From Pristiophorus japonicus (taxonomy: Eukaryota), in the NCBI RefSeq assembly GCF_044704955.1, contig NC_091978.1:219170001-219234000 (forward strand): DNA of 64,000 nucleotides. The letters are read 5' to 3'. A program made the position numbers and the translations under genes. Position 1 is the first letter of the stretch, and each line of letters begins with the position of its first letter. The notes under the pieces are model-generated. The model had not been told where the DNA came from, made no database searches, and was given only the letters and a program-made list of their open reading frames with translations. Below, piece after piece: positions 22,746 through 35,020 of the stretch.

Positions 22746-25190
22746 ACAAAAGCAAAATACTATGATGCTGGAAATCTGAAGAAAAAAAACAGAAAATGCT
22801 GGAAACACTCAGCAAGTCAGGCAGAACTGTGGAGACAGAAACAGAATTAACATTTCAGATCGATGACCTATATAACAGAAGTTAGAGAATTAATAGTTTA
22901 TGAACAATTATAGAGCCAGAGAAAAAGGAGGAGACAGGAAAGAACAAAGGGGAGGGTCTGTGATAGAGTGGAAAGCAGGAATGATTAACTGACAAAGGGA
23001 TAATGGTTCAAGGCAAAATGGGGCGTGGTAATCGATCACTAAAGAATCAATAGATGGGTTGAGAGCAGCTGTAAATGGCAACAGCAGAGCCATTACAAGC
23101 ACCTGCTGTCCGAGAAAATAGGAGCGATGTGAAGTTGTTGAACACAATGTTGAGGCTGGAAGGTCGTAAAGTGCCGAAGAAAAAAATGAGGTGCTGTTCC
23201 TTGAGCTTGCACTGAGGTTCATTAGAACAGTGCAGGAGGCCGAGGATAGAGAGGTCAGAGTGGGAGTAGGATGGAGAATTAAAATGACAAGCAACTGGAA
23301 GCTCAGGGCCATGCATGTGGACTGAATGAAGGTGTTCAGCAAAGAGACCACCCAATCTATATTTGGTCTCCCCGATGTAGAGGAGACCACATTGTGAGAA
23401 GCAAATACAGTATACTACATTGAAAGAAGTACAAGTAAATAGTTGTTTAAGCTGGAACAAGAGTTTGGTGCGATGGGAGGAAATGAAAGGGCAGGTATTG
23501 CATTTCCAGCGCTTTCATGGAAAGGTCCTAGGTGAAAGAGAGCGGGGATTGGGGGAGGTGGAAGATTGGACCAGGGTGATGCAGAGTGAATGGTCCCTTC
23601 AGAATGCTCAAAGAGGAGGAAAGGAAGATGTGTTCGGTGGTAGCATCTCGCTGGAGGTGGCAGAAATGGTGGAGGATGATCGTTGAATGTGAAGGCTGGT
23701 GGGGTGGAATGTGAGGAGAAGGGGGACCCTATTGTGGTTCTGGGAGGGAGGAGAAGGGGTGAGGGCAGAAGTGCAGGAAATGGGCCATACACGATCGAAG
23801 GCCATGTCAACCATGGTGGAGGGGAATCCTCAGTTGAGGAAAAAGGAAGACATATCGGAAGCATTACTATAGAAGATGGCATCATCAGAACAGATGTGAC
23901 AGAGGTGGAGAAACTGGAAGAATGAAATAGAGTCCTTACAATAAGGAGGAAAGAAGTTCAATTAAGGTAGCTGTGGGAGTCAGTAGATTTGTAGTAGATA
24001 TTGGTGGTCAACCTATTCCCCAAAATTAAAATAGAAAAATTGAGGAAGGGAAGGGAAGAATTGGAGAGGGACCATGTGAAGACGAGGGAGGGATAGAAAT
24101 TGGAAGCAAAGTTGATGAAATTTTCCAGTTCAGGTGAGAGAAAGAAGTAGCACCAACATAGCCATCAATGTATAGGAAAAAGAGGTGAGGGAGAGGACCC
24201 AAGTAGGATTGGAACAAAGAATGTTCCACGTATCCCATAAAAAGGCAGGGCATAGCTAGGAGCCATATGGATTCCCATAGTGACACCTTTTATTTGGAAG
24301 AAGCATGTTGTCCTGGTGGTGGGTAGAGATGTAGAGGGATGAGCTATCCATGGCAAAAAGGACATGGTTAGGGCCAGGAAATTGCAAACAGTTAAAGTGC
24401 TGGAATGCATCAGAAGAGTCGTAGATGTAGGCCAAAAGAGATGGGACAAGGGGATCAAAAATGGAGTCAAGATAGGCAGAAATAAGTTCCATGGGACAGG
24501 AAGAGGCTGAAACAATGGGTGTACCAGGGCAGTCCTATTTGTGGATCTTGGGAAGGAGGTAGAAGCGGGATGTGCAGGGTTGGGGGACTATGTGAATGGA
24601 GACCATGGGGGAAAGATCTCCAGAGAAGATGAGGTCAGTGACTGTCTGGAAACGATGGTTTGATGTTTGGCGGTGGGGTCATGGTCTGGGGGAGATAGGA
24701 GGAGATGTCGAAGATTTGGCATTCAGCCTCTGCAAAGTAGAGGTTTGTTCACCAAACAAAGGAAGGCTGCCCTGCTCAGCAGGTTTAATGATAATGTCAA
24801 GGTTGGATCTGAAAGAACAGAGCTGAAAAATCAGAGGGAGATAGGTTAGAGTGAGTGAGGGGAACAGAGAAATTGAAATGGCCAATGTCACATCGGCAGT
24901 TCCCAATGAAAAGATCAAACAAGGGTAAGAGGCTAGAGGGAGAGGCCCAGGTGGAATGAGAATTCTGAAGATGGGAGAAAGGGTCAGCTGTGCGGGGGGA
25001 AGACTCCTGGCCAAAGAAGTGGGCACAGAGGCGAAGATGATGGACGAAGAGCTCAGCATCATGTCAAGCTCAAAATTCATTGAGGTGGAAGCGTAAGGGA
25101 GTGAAGCTGAGGCCTTTGCTCAGGACTGATAATTTGGCATCAGAGAAGGGAAGTCTCAGAGGGGATAGTGAAAACACAACAAAGGATGAC
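22746..25190 (-). mobile_element. Degenerate Penelope-like retroelement (RT + GIY-YIG endonuclease)
   Basis: GIY-YIG domain NVVYCI.C..C.LLYIGET..RL..FAEH...PVACHFN...EQHLIF..GTL.P..LN (23047-23460). RT motifs QIKGVTMG..MAPSYA, LFMGYVE, LYIDG, and IIIKPAEQG. Confidence 0.9.
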
Positions 25191-25659
25191 GATGTGCCTA
25201 TTGTTATCCATGACACATTTTGCATTAAATGCCATTTTAATTTACTGCTGGCCATTCTCCAGGTTATCTAATTCCATTTCACACTAGCCATAGTTTTATT
25301 TTGACCGATCAGCCATAATTCCATGAAGAGAACAGACATATTGTTGAGGATGCATCAAGCAAACAGGCTGACATTTCTAGGAGGATTGCATGAATGATCT
25401 TCTGTAAAATCCAAACACTGGAAACACAGCAGTAATATTCCCAAACGTGTACTCATTAACTAATGATATGTTTTGATGTGCCTAATTACATTTCCCTTGT
25501 AACTTAAGCTTGGGGATTTATGACTGCAGTGAAAAGCCTTTGCTCAATAATCATGATTCCTCTGAACAAACGCTAACAACTTTCATGTAAAGCGACATCA
25601 GGTAAGGACAGGATTAGATTGACTGTAACTTCCCCCGCATCCCACAGTGCAAAGGTCTG

Positions 25660-26200
25660 TGTGAAAAGATAGAAAAAGAGCAACCATAGATTGCAAGGCT
25701 TGCTGGGACATTATATTTGGTCAACCTAAGAATTAGAGCTTACTTCAGCAACTATACCAAACAAGCTCTCAGCAGTTGAAACCATGGGTTGCATTACCTC
25801 ACGGCAGCTAAGGTCATCTGTCTTCTCTGTCTAATTATAATCACAATAAGGATGTGTAAACCAAAAAAAACAAGACAGTGTGTACAGGGGGCAAGGAGAG
25901 GTTCGCCCAAAATAAGGAAAGGGTAGCTAAGACAAGTAGCCATTGGATAACACTGATGAGGTAATTAAATTAACTGCTATACTCTGCACTATTACAAAAA
26001 AAAGAGGAACCATCACATATGATAGGACTTGTTTACTTGGGTGTATAAATATTCCAAAATTTCTGTAGATTGTCGGAGTTGGTACCCTTAGCCTTTGACT
26101 AGGGCACTCTCCCCTTGTATACAAGTAAAAATAAACTAACAATCTGACGGTCTGCTTGTGTTAAGAGTCTAAACTTGAATCGGTGTCTTCGACAGAATTT
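25660..26200 (+). repeat. Provirus B 5' LTR
   Basis: Direct repeat of 30775-31302. TATAAATA at ~26044 and AATAAA at ~26130. The exact 3' end is uncertain (26194-26201). Confidence 0.92.
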
Positions 26201-26202
26201 AT

Positions 26203-26220
26203 TGGAGGTTCCACCGAGAT
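26203..26220 (+). promoter_or_regulatory. Primer binding site, tRNA-Gln
   Basis: TGGAGGTTCCACCGAGAT, the canonical Gln PBS. Confidence 0.92.
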
Positions 26221-26542
26221 CGCTTACTATTTGCCGGTGAGTAAACGAACAAGAACACGGTGACTCTACAGGGAAGGACTCTAACTGGCCAGTCATCAGT
26301 GACATTTTTGTTACTAAAGGAGCCCTTCCTTGGAGAGAGCGCAAGTGTAGTCTGTTTGTCTCGGCAGAGGTACTGCGATTGTCGGACTCATTTCAGGATT
26401 GAGTTAAATTTTTGTAATCACTTCCTCTTTCAGCTTGACAGTAAGAGGGGACAGATTCCGAAAAGCAAAAAATTTCAGCCCTGAAGCGGGCCGGCAGATT
26501 GTAAAGGGGGGAAGGTAAGAAAATACGTCATTAAAAGGTCCC

Positions 26543-26674
26543 TGTTTCTTGTGTGGTAGAAACAAATACCCTTGTGTGATAGGGAGAAATAAGATGGGAC
26601 GCGATCCTTGTGTGATAGGATCATAGAAATTATCCTTGTGTGACAGGATAAGTCATCCTTGTGTGATAGGATGA
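26543..26674 (+). promoter_or_regulatory. Array of five stem-loops in the ERV leader (candidate packaging signal)
   Basis: Conserved core CT-TGTGTG(AT/GT/AC)-AG with different but self-complementary stems. Confidence 0.7.
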
Positions 26675-27100
26675 GGACTCTGGTTTGATGGGATCATTTA
26701 GAATAAGTTAAGGACTCAGTCTGTAGGGGCGTACCATGCAGACTAAGAATTGATTATTTGTTTAGTTAAAGCATAAGGATTATGATCTGTGCACCCCTTT
26801 GGGTTTTCACATTTTTATTGTCTTCATAATATTGTTATGTGCGTCAATTGTCTATGAGCTCTCAGGAAGACATAACAGGGGAGGTTGTGTTTCAGAAACG
26901 TATAAATTGGTTGAAACAGAACAGTGATCGGTTGATTAACAGCGAGTGACGCGTGTCCAACAATAACTCAAACACCCAGACTGAGCCCGAATTAAGAACC
27001 CAAATGGGTCACGTGACGACCAGGTGAATTGGGCGTGGGGAACTCAGTTGGAGCGAGAGGACTGTGATACGGAGAACTGTGATATCTCAACCAGTTAAAT

Positions 27101-27290
27101 ATGGGTGCTGGAGCAAGAAAGGGCACACCAGTCTTTTTTATGCTCCAGAATTGTGGTCAGTCTTCAAATGATCACCTAAAAAAAAATGGGTAAAGTGGAC
27201 TCAGGGTGAAAACAGGCCATTTCCACCCGATGGTTCATTTAATTTAGAGAGAACAACATGTAGAGGAGTGTCTTATAAACAGAGACCCAA
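27101..27290 (+). pseudogene. gag: gag N-terminal (matrix) remnant
   Basis: MGAGARKGTPVFFMLQN..(frameshift)WVKWTQGENRPFPPDGSFNL: myristoylation-type MG start and the gamma/epsilon matrix-like P.xGSF motif. Confidence 0.7.
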
Positions 27291-28329
27291 GGGAAAAAGA
27301 AAGTAATAAAAAAAAGGCCTGAATTCCGATTCTTTGAGCCCACGTAAAATTAACAGAGGAAGTAAATCAATATGAAAGAAAAGGGGAAAAAAAAGAAGAA
27401 ACCTTATAGTGATGTATATGGATCCAAAATATAGAGCTGGCTGAACAATAAGCTTTGTTGAATGAAGAGAGACTTTTGTGAATGTCTGTTTTTGAGTGAG
27501 AGTACTTGTGTGATTTTGACTGCGGAATGAATGAAAGCCTGTTTGGGAAACCGGGGAGTTGTCAGTTTGTTTTAGCTCCACCCACTTTTTCAAACAGAGT
27601 GAAGTTTTTTTTTTAAACCCTTCGGAGTGTTGTCTTGTGTGTGGGAAGTTTAAGAGTGTGAACCTTATTGAATTACATTTTAAGTTAGAAACGAAGGTGT
27701 GGATTTATTCGGATGATAAGTTACGGAGCTAGGAAATTATCAAAGGATAGGTTTGTTGAGCAAACCCTGCGTGGTCTGAGAAGGGAAGTTGTAAAGCATT
27801 TTTTTTTAAAAGCCTACGTGGTCTGAGAAGGGAAGTTGTAATGCATTTTTTTTTAAAGCCTGCGTGGTCTCTTGAGGCTGCAGGCTGGGGGAGTACGCTC
27901 CCATTGCCCTTTGTGTAAAATCTTGACGCGAAAGCTTCTAGCTCAGTAAATAGATTTTAAATAAATGATTGGCAGTACAATATCCGAATTGGGATTTTGA
28001 GATATTTCAGGTGATTCTCCTTGATAAACATTTTGGTTGTATTGGAAAAATCTTGGGTTTGGAAGCCTTTTTAATAAAATTACACAACTACTGAGTCAGG
28101 AGCTTAAAAGGTTGTAACTTATGAGACACTGTATCATAAAATTGAAGTTACAGAGCAAAATATTGGAGTTTTTGATGTTCAGCTTCTAAACCAAGAGTTG
28201 GGCACACAATTATAAAACAAGTACTTTGCATTCTGTGATCTGTGAATCACTATAAGCATAAATGAGAAGTCCGATTTAAAAAAAAACAGTATTACCATAT
28301 TTGACATTTTGTAATCCAACAATAGATAC

Positions 28330-29290
28330 AAATACAAAAGGGGGGACGGCAGATTATATTTTGGCAACTTGGTATGCACCAGGTATTTCGGCAATTGCAA
28401 AACAAATCTGTGAAAATTGTGTTACCTGTCAGACAATGAATCGGGTAAAACAGAAAAGGTAGACTCTGCCTCCCACCCAAACCCAATGGGGCCTTTTGTA
28501 CATTTGCAAATGGATTTTATTGAATTACCCCCATGCATGGGATTTAAGTATGTATTAGTAATTATAGATGTGTTTTCTAAATGGGTTGAAGCTTTTCCAT
28601 GTAAAAAGAATGACACAACTACTGTCGCGAAGTATTTGTTAAAAGAAATTGTGCCATGATTTGGCATACGTGTACAACTCTCAGTGACAATAGGTCACAT
28701 TTTACTGGGACAGTTGTGAAAGAAATGTGTCGAGCGTTACAAATCGACCAACATTTCCACTGCAGTTATCACCCACAGTCAGCTGGATTGGTAGAGAGAT
28801 ACAACGGAATGTTGAAGAATAAACTAGCAAAGTTATGTGATGAAACTGGACTCAAATGGGTCGGACTGTTACCTTTGGCAGTAATGGTAATGTGATCAGC
28901 AACAAATAGAACGACAGGATTATCACCACATGAAATCGTCATGGAACGTCCCCAATGTTTGCCTTTTTCTGCACCGTTTACTGCTAAACAAATGGATGTC
29001 CACAAAATAGAAGAAAATATGCTAAACTATTTCATTGCTTTAACAAAATGTATTTCTAGCTTTCATTCCCAGGTAAAGGAAGCCCAAATTGATCCTGCTG
29101 AAGGAAGATGCCATAGCTTGGAGCCTGGCGAGTTCGAGTACGTGAAGGTGTTCAAGAGGCAAAATAGTCTTCACCCAAGGTTTGAAGGTCCATTCTAGAT
29201 CCTGTTGACCACCAATACTGCCGTGAAGATAAAGGAGAGATCAACATGGATCCACGCCTCACACTGCAAAAGAGCTCCAGGACACGAGGA
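28330..29290 (+). pseudogene. pol: Retroviral integrase remnant
   Basis: CENCVTC zinc finger, HLQMDFIEL, IDVFSKWVEAFP, SDN.SHFT, YHPQSAGLVERYN, L.PRFEGPF. Several stops and frameshifts. Confidence 0.92.
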
Positions 29291-29299
29291 AAAGGAATC

Positions 29300-30740
29300 A
29301 CCAACACCATCAGTAAAGGGAAATGGACATTAGGACTATGTTTCCTTGTGACACTTATAATACCTGTAATGCCCGAATTACATGTAAACACCTTCTTGTA
29401 TATGTCCCACAAATACGCTATGGAAAACAACAAAGAAGGAGATTGTTGGATATGTACCCAAACCCCTCTCCACTCTAAGGGAGGATTCCTCGTAGACCTA
29501 TCCCACTTAACCTGTCAGAAGTAGTAGAATGGTATATCTACCAGAACGGCACACGTCAATTCCCTAGGATGATAAGAGTTGCGTCTGTGGTAGTATACCC
29601 ACCATCGGGCGACGGGAAGATGATGGAATCCTCTAGTTTATCATTTTACCCCATATCTGCAGAGCCCTGGGAAAAAGGGGGGATATCACCTGAATACCTT
29701 TGAAGGGTGGTACCAACCGAGGTAAGACCACTCCCAACAGCCTCCCTTCCTCACCCTTACCAGGGCCACAGGTATGGGAAGGCCACCGGGGACAATATGT
29801 TTCGTAAGGAACTTAGCCGGGGGAATAGTCGTAGGCACGATTCGGTGCGAATATAATTTTACAGTGATGGGTACTCCTGACGAGTTTTCCCTTTATACGT
29901 CCTCTCAGTTTTATGGTTGTACATTGAATGTCCCATACGCCAACCAGATAGGTACTTTCAACTATTCCATGGTATCCGCAGGGTTTGATGTGGATAAAAC
30001 CACCTCGTACAATGGAACATACTTTGTTTGTGGCCACAAGGCCTCCCCCTGGTTGCCAAGGGGCTGGACAGGATCATGTTACCTGGCATATATGGTACCA
30101 TTCATTCATCACTTATCCTCTCTAGCAAATCGCCCGCATTATCGATCCAGACGAGCCATTACAGAAACACAACGATTCTTTTCTATCCTTGTTCCCCCTC
30201 TAGAAGTAGCATTTGCCATAAAAGAAATAAGAAAAGTGGCTAGAATATTAGAAGAGGTAGCAAACGACACTATAGAAGCTATAAGCGGATTAAACAATGA
30301 AATGGTGGCTATAAGAACAGTAGCTTTGCAAAATAGAATGGCTCTAGACTATCTGCTAGCAGAAAAGGGTGGAACATGTGCACTAATGGGGTCCGAGTGT
30401 TGCACGTACATTCCTGGCAATTCTGAGGAAATAGGTAACTTAGTGGACCACTTCCGGAAGGAAGTTGAAAAGTTAAAGAAACCAGGTTCCTGGGACATGT
30501 TTGATTGGGCGGATGGTTCGGGCCTATAGGTCAAACCATAGTACAAGGGCTGATCATATTCCTGGTCATTATCTTTGCTCTATATTTGGTATTTGTCCTG
30601 ATAAAATGCTGCTGTGCGCGACTAGGGGCTGCAGCCGTACCAGCGGGGCGACCACCATGATGATAGCCACAACCCCAGAAGCCTCAGAGAAGGCAGAAAC
30701 CATGGAGATGGAGAGACTCTGTAAAATTCAGTTGAACTAA
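29300..30740 (+). pseudogene. env: Gamma-type env remnant
   Basis: Signal peptide, CWIC, W.GSCYL, furin RSRR, immunosuppressive domain LQNRMALDYLLAEKGGTC, CX6CC (CALMGSECC), and hydrophobic TM after a stop at 30527-30529. Confidence 0.95.
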
Positions 30741-30774
30741 AAGTTATTGTCCCTATAGGGACAAAAGGGAGGAA

Positions 30775-31302
30775 TGTGGAAAGATAGAAAAAGAGCAACC
30801 ATAGATTGCAAGGCTTGCTGGGACATTATATTTGGTCAACCTAAGAATTAGAGCTTACTTCAGCAACTATACCAAACAAGCTGTCAGCAGTTGAAACCAC
30901 GGGTTACATTACCTCACGGCAGCTAAGGTCATCTGTCTTCTCTGTCTAATTATAATCACAATAAGGATGTGTAAACCAAAAAAAACAGACAGTGTGTACA
31001 GGGGGCAAGGAGAGGTTAGCCCAAAATAAGGAAAGGGTAGCTAAGACAAGTAGCCATTGGATAACTCTGATGAGGTAATTAAATTAACTGCTAGACTCTG
31101 CACTATTACAAAAAAAGAGGAACCATCACATATGATAGGACTTATTTACTTGGGTGTATAAATATTCCAAAATTTCTGTAGATTGTTGGAGTTGGTACCC
31201 TAAGCCTTTGACTAGGGCACTCTCCCCTTGTATACAAGTAAAAATAAACTAACAATCTGACGGTCTACTTGTGTTAAGAGTCTTACCATGAATCGGTGTC
31301 TT
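30775..31302 (+). repeat. Provirus B 3' LTR, end truncated
   Basis: Matches the 5' LTR up to AATCGGTGTCTT, then runs directly into duplicated flank. Confidence 0.92.
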
Positions 31303-31639
31303 AGGACAGGATTAGATTGACTGTAATTTCCCTCGCATCCCACAGTGCAAAGGTCTGCCAACACTCACTGTCCAGGTGGACATGTGAATGAAGAGCTGGA
31401 GGCTGGCCAGAGCCCTTGGATCCATAACCCAACTTCAGAAAAGGAGGGAGGAAAATTGAATCATAGAATCATAGAATCATTACAGCACAGTAGGAGGCCA
31501 TTCAGCCCATTGAGCCAGTGCCGGCTCTCTGCAGGAGCACTTCAGCTAGTCCCAATCCCCCACTTGGTGATCTGAAAGGAAAAAATTAACACAAAGTAAA
31601 CATTCCCTCGCATTTTTATTCATCAAGCAGCCTATCATT

Positions 31640-32060
31640 GGACATGTTTCCATCCTTCAAATTGATTGTGGGTAAAAATGTACTCATTGTGGCTGGATCT
31701 GGGAAAACTGGCACATTGATCTGCAATGATATTCCTGACATTGCATTTACTGAGTAAAAGTCCACTGAAGTGAAATGCACAGATGGGCATTTGGGTATGC
31801 TCCATACCTCCCTCTATGTTGGGAAAATGAGCAATGGCAAAGAAGTTTTGTATGGTTCTCATCTACTGCGGAGGGGGTGGGGGGGGGGGGGGATGATGGA
31901 AAACAGATGTACTCGGCTAGCCTCCTGAGTAGAGCAGCAGTAACCTGAGAAACACTGTGTGACTTTGCTGCTTGATTGATGCCCACAGTTATACCATCTG
32001 GGATCTGAAAAGTGCCAGTGGCATAGAAAGGGACTGCTACATTCACCTTCACAAATATTG
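31640..32060 (-). pseudogene. Harbinger (HARBI1-like) DDE transposase fragment
   Basis: KVNVAVPFYATGTFQ...GINQ...VTAAL...YICFP, FFAIAHFPNIEGGMEHT and ASFPRSSHN correspond to the Harbinger FYATGxxQ, FP.V.G.ID.TH and PGSxHD motifs. Confidence 0.75.
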
Positions 32061-32789
32061 GTACAGCATAACTCAGGTATATGATACTCCAAATCCTATT
32101 TTAACTTCTCACATAGGTCATAGACCAGCTGCTTACCAAATCTAAACCTAATGACACTGGGCATGTCAATGCAATCAATAAAATAACTATCCATCTGTAT
32201 ATAACTTCATATGGTGTTCTGTTCCTATTTCTTTGATTTCTCTACATCTATCTTCAACCATTTTGAATCTGAAATGGCTGCAATGCTACCTGAATGTATA
32301 TGTTGCACATTGATTAATGACTGAAAAGTGGAGTTAATCACAGACCAAAAAAAACTGGTCAGTAAGTAACTTCCAATTAGGTCATGAAGAAATTATTCCT
32401 GTGTAAAATACACAACAACCTTCATTTGTGTAAGTACTAAAAGCACTAATATAGCACAGCACCACCAATCATAGAACCATAGTATGATATAACATAGAAG
32501 CAGGCCATTCGGCCCTTTGCTGGCACTTTGAAAGTTCTATCCAATTAGTTCCACTATCCTGCTCTTTACCCATAGCCCTGTGAATTTTTCCCCTTCAAGT
32601 ATTTATCTTACTCCCGTTTGAAAATTATTATTGAATCTGCTTTCACCCTCTTAGGCAGTATATTCCAGATCAAAACAAAAATAAAAATAAAGTGCAATCA
32701 ATGGAGCCACACATTAACAAAAAACATTCAGTGATGAAACTAACTATAATAAGATCAAGCTCATCCAATGTAATAATGATAATGTCAAT

Positions 32790-34530
32790 AGGCTAGATTT
32801 TACCAACCTCGAGAGGTCCTTGGCGGGCAATGTTGGTTCCCACCTTGCTACTGGCTCCAGCCTGCTGTCCAAAATGATTTTCCCCTGATAGGGCTTGTTA
32901 AGCTTGCCCAGCGCATTTGCCAGCCAATTGAAGGAAGTGGGTCTGATCAGGTCATTTGATGATGCGTCATCAGATGGTTTCCTTAAAGGGAACATGCTCA
33001 AATTTAGTTTGATAGTTGTGCTGTTAATGTTCTACAGCATTGAGGTGCTGCAAACACTGACAAGCACTACAGAGAGGTGGACAGCTGCACCCAGTCTCTC
33101 CCATGACTCCTTCCATATGCTTATGGAGGGAGTCACAGCATGCAGAGAGGTTTTCTTCCCTTTCAATGGGCAGTAGACTTCCCCAAGGCACCAACGCAGC
33201 CTGGTTGCACATTGCATAGGAGGACACAAGCAGGGATGTCATCAGGAGGACCTGACAGCACTGGCACAAACCTTTCAATGATCTCAGTAGATCACAAAAC
33301 GTTACTGCAAAGCCTCTCTCAACCTCATCCTGCTGTGCCACTCATCAAATCTCCATCACTTTGTCTTCCCTACCCTACTCCTACACATCCTTACTCACAC
33401 CAACTTACCTTGCACCTCCATCATCCCTCCCTATCTACATTATCACTTCCCCATCTCACTAGCCACCCCTCACACTCACCCTCCTCCTAGTCCAATCATA
33501 CCAACTAACAACACACAAGGGTAGACACTTGGGTGTTTCAACCAATGTTCATGAAAAGTTTCTGTCAAACATTGAAACCTTTATTTTCAACACTTTGCAT
33601 TCTTGGACAGATCTATGTGCACCTTTGGAAGTGGCTTAGTGAGTTGCAGTGAATGGTGAGACATAACGGTACCCCACGCAATGCAGATGAGTGTGAAAGG
33701 ACTGGCTTGGGCATTGTAGGGATGCTTTATGATGTTGGTGTGGGGTGGTGCCAAACTGGCGCATCGTGTGGCAGCCAGGGTGTACAGCGTCAAGTGAAGT
33801 AAATCTGGCCATGGTGAGGCCATCCCTGGTCTCCCGGGCAGCAATGTGGTGGTGATGCCCTCTATCCTGTGCAGCATCAGGTGATTGGGGAGAAGGTTGG
33901 TACTGTTGTTAGTGCTGCTGGTATGCCTGGTGCTGCTGGTATTCGGGCTGATCGTGGTGGGTTTCTGAGCAGCAAGGTGAGATAATTTCAAGGGCACTGA
34001 TACTGATGTAATAGCTGGCAGGTGAACTTGAGATCACAGAAGCGATCTGTCAATGGTAAGACACTGTATAGAGCATTTACTCCAAACACTTGCAACCTCC
34101 AAAAAGCTCAATCTGTCTTCCAAATGCAATAAGCAACAGTTTCTGAGCTTGGAAAGCAAACAACTGTAAGATGGGAGCTTTTATACCGTATTTGCAGCTG
34201 TCAAGTAATGAGATGATACTATGGTCATTCAACTCCCAACCTGCTAACCTAACATGATCTCCAAGCAGCGTGGACTCTGTGGGTGACCTGGTAAACTCTG
34301 AAGGTGAGCTCATAATAGTTCTTAATGGTCTGTTAACAAGGTCTTAATGACCTGAATTGCCTCCCCCACCGCTGTGTGTCGGGTCTGCTCAGCACTGACA
34401 GACCCAATATTTGGGAAAAGTGCGTGGTGGCGGGTTGTCGGTGGGGGTCCCGACCCGCTGTCAAAAAATATATTTTCCCACCCGATCCTCCAGCGATCGC
34501 ACCCACTGAGCCCCCCGGAAATCTCCCCTA
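32790..34530. mobile_element. Degenerate Harbinger-derived element with a Myb/SANT-like ORF remnant (+, ~33080-33290)
   Basis: AAPSLSHDS..ML.EGV...REVFFP..G followed by AW and FNDL-like residues. 33030-33150 and 33610-34260 resemble 48290-48410 and 48950-49680. Confidence 0.6.
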
Positions 34531-35020
34531 AGTACCTGATGTGTCTTTGAAATTAACCAAGATATTAGGACAGGTGTCCAAAAGTTTGGTCAAAATGGGC
34601 TGGATTTTTGGCTCTTTTGCACTTCGGTTAGTGCCCGGCAGGGCGTTAAAAGCTGTTTCTGGGTGTAATGCCGGGTGTCCAGGATTTACCGCCCCGCCGG
34701 TAGATTCGGCTAATGGTTAGCGCCGGCACAAAAACTTACCGCCAGTCCTTCCAATTTTAGTGTGATGGTGATGTCAATCGTCATGCAATGCTGCACTAGT
34801 GCCCCCGATGGAACATTCGACCTTAACCCCTCATTTAATGCCCATCCAGGAAACATCTGAAAAACCAGGCATTCCCAGGATGCAGCAGGCAATATTGGCA
34901 GCATTTTAAATGGAGGGATGAGGATCCTACATTGCAGGTCACATCAGTTGCGCACATCATGCTGCGTGAATCTCCGACTTACAAACTTCACTTTTATCTG
35001 CCATTACAGTGCCCTTACAA

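Larger units (their letters stand above)
25660..31302 (+). mobile_element. Provirus B: internally deleted gamma/epsilon-type (class I) ERV
   Basis: Paired ~530-bp LTRs, tRNA-Gln PBS, gag start, integrase and gamma-type env remnants, PPT AAAAGGGAGGAA (30763-30774). No PR, RT or RNase H. Confidence 0.92.

Noticed and set aside
26543-26674. CRISPR-like look of the repeats here and at 9590-9855
   Set aside because: Eukaryotic context, irregular or repetitive spacers, non-identical repeats and no cas genes.
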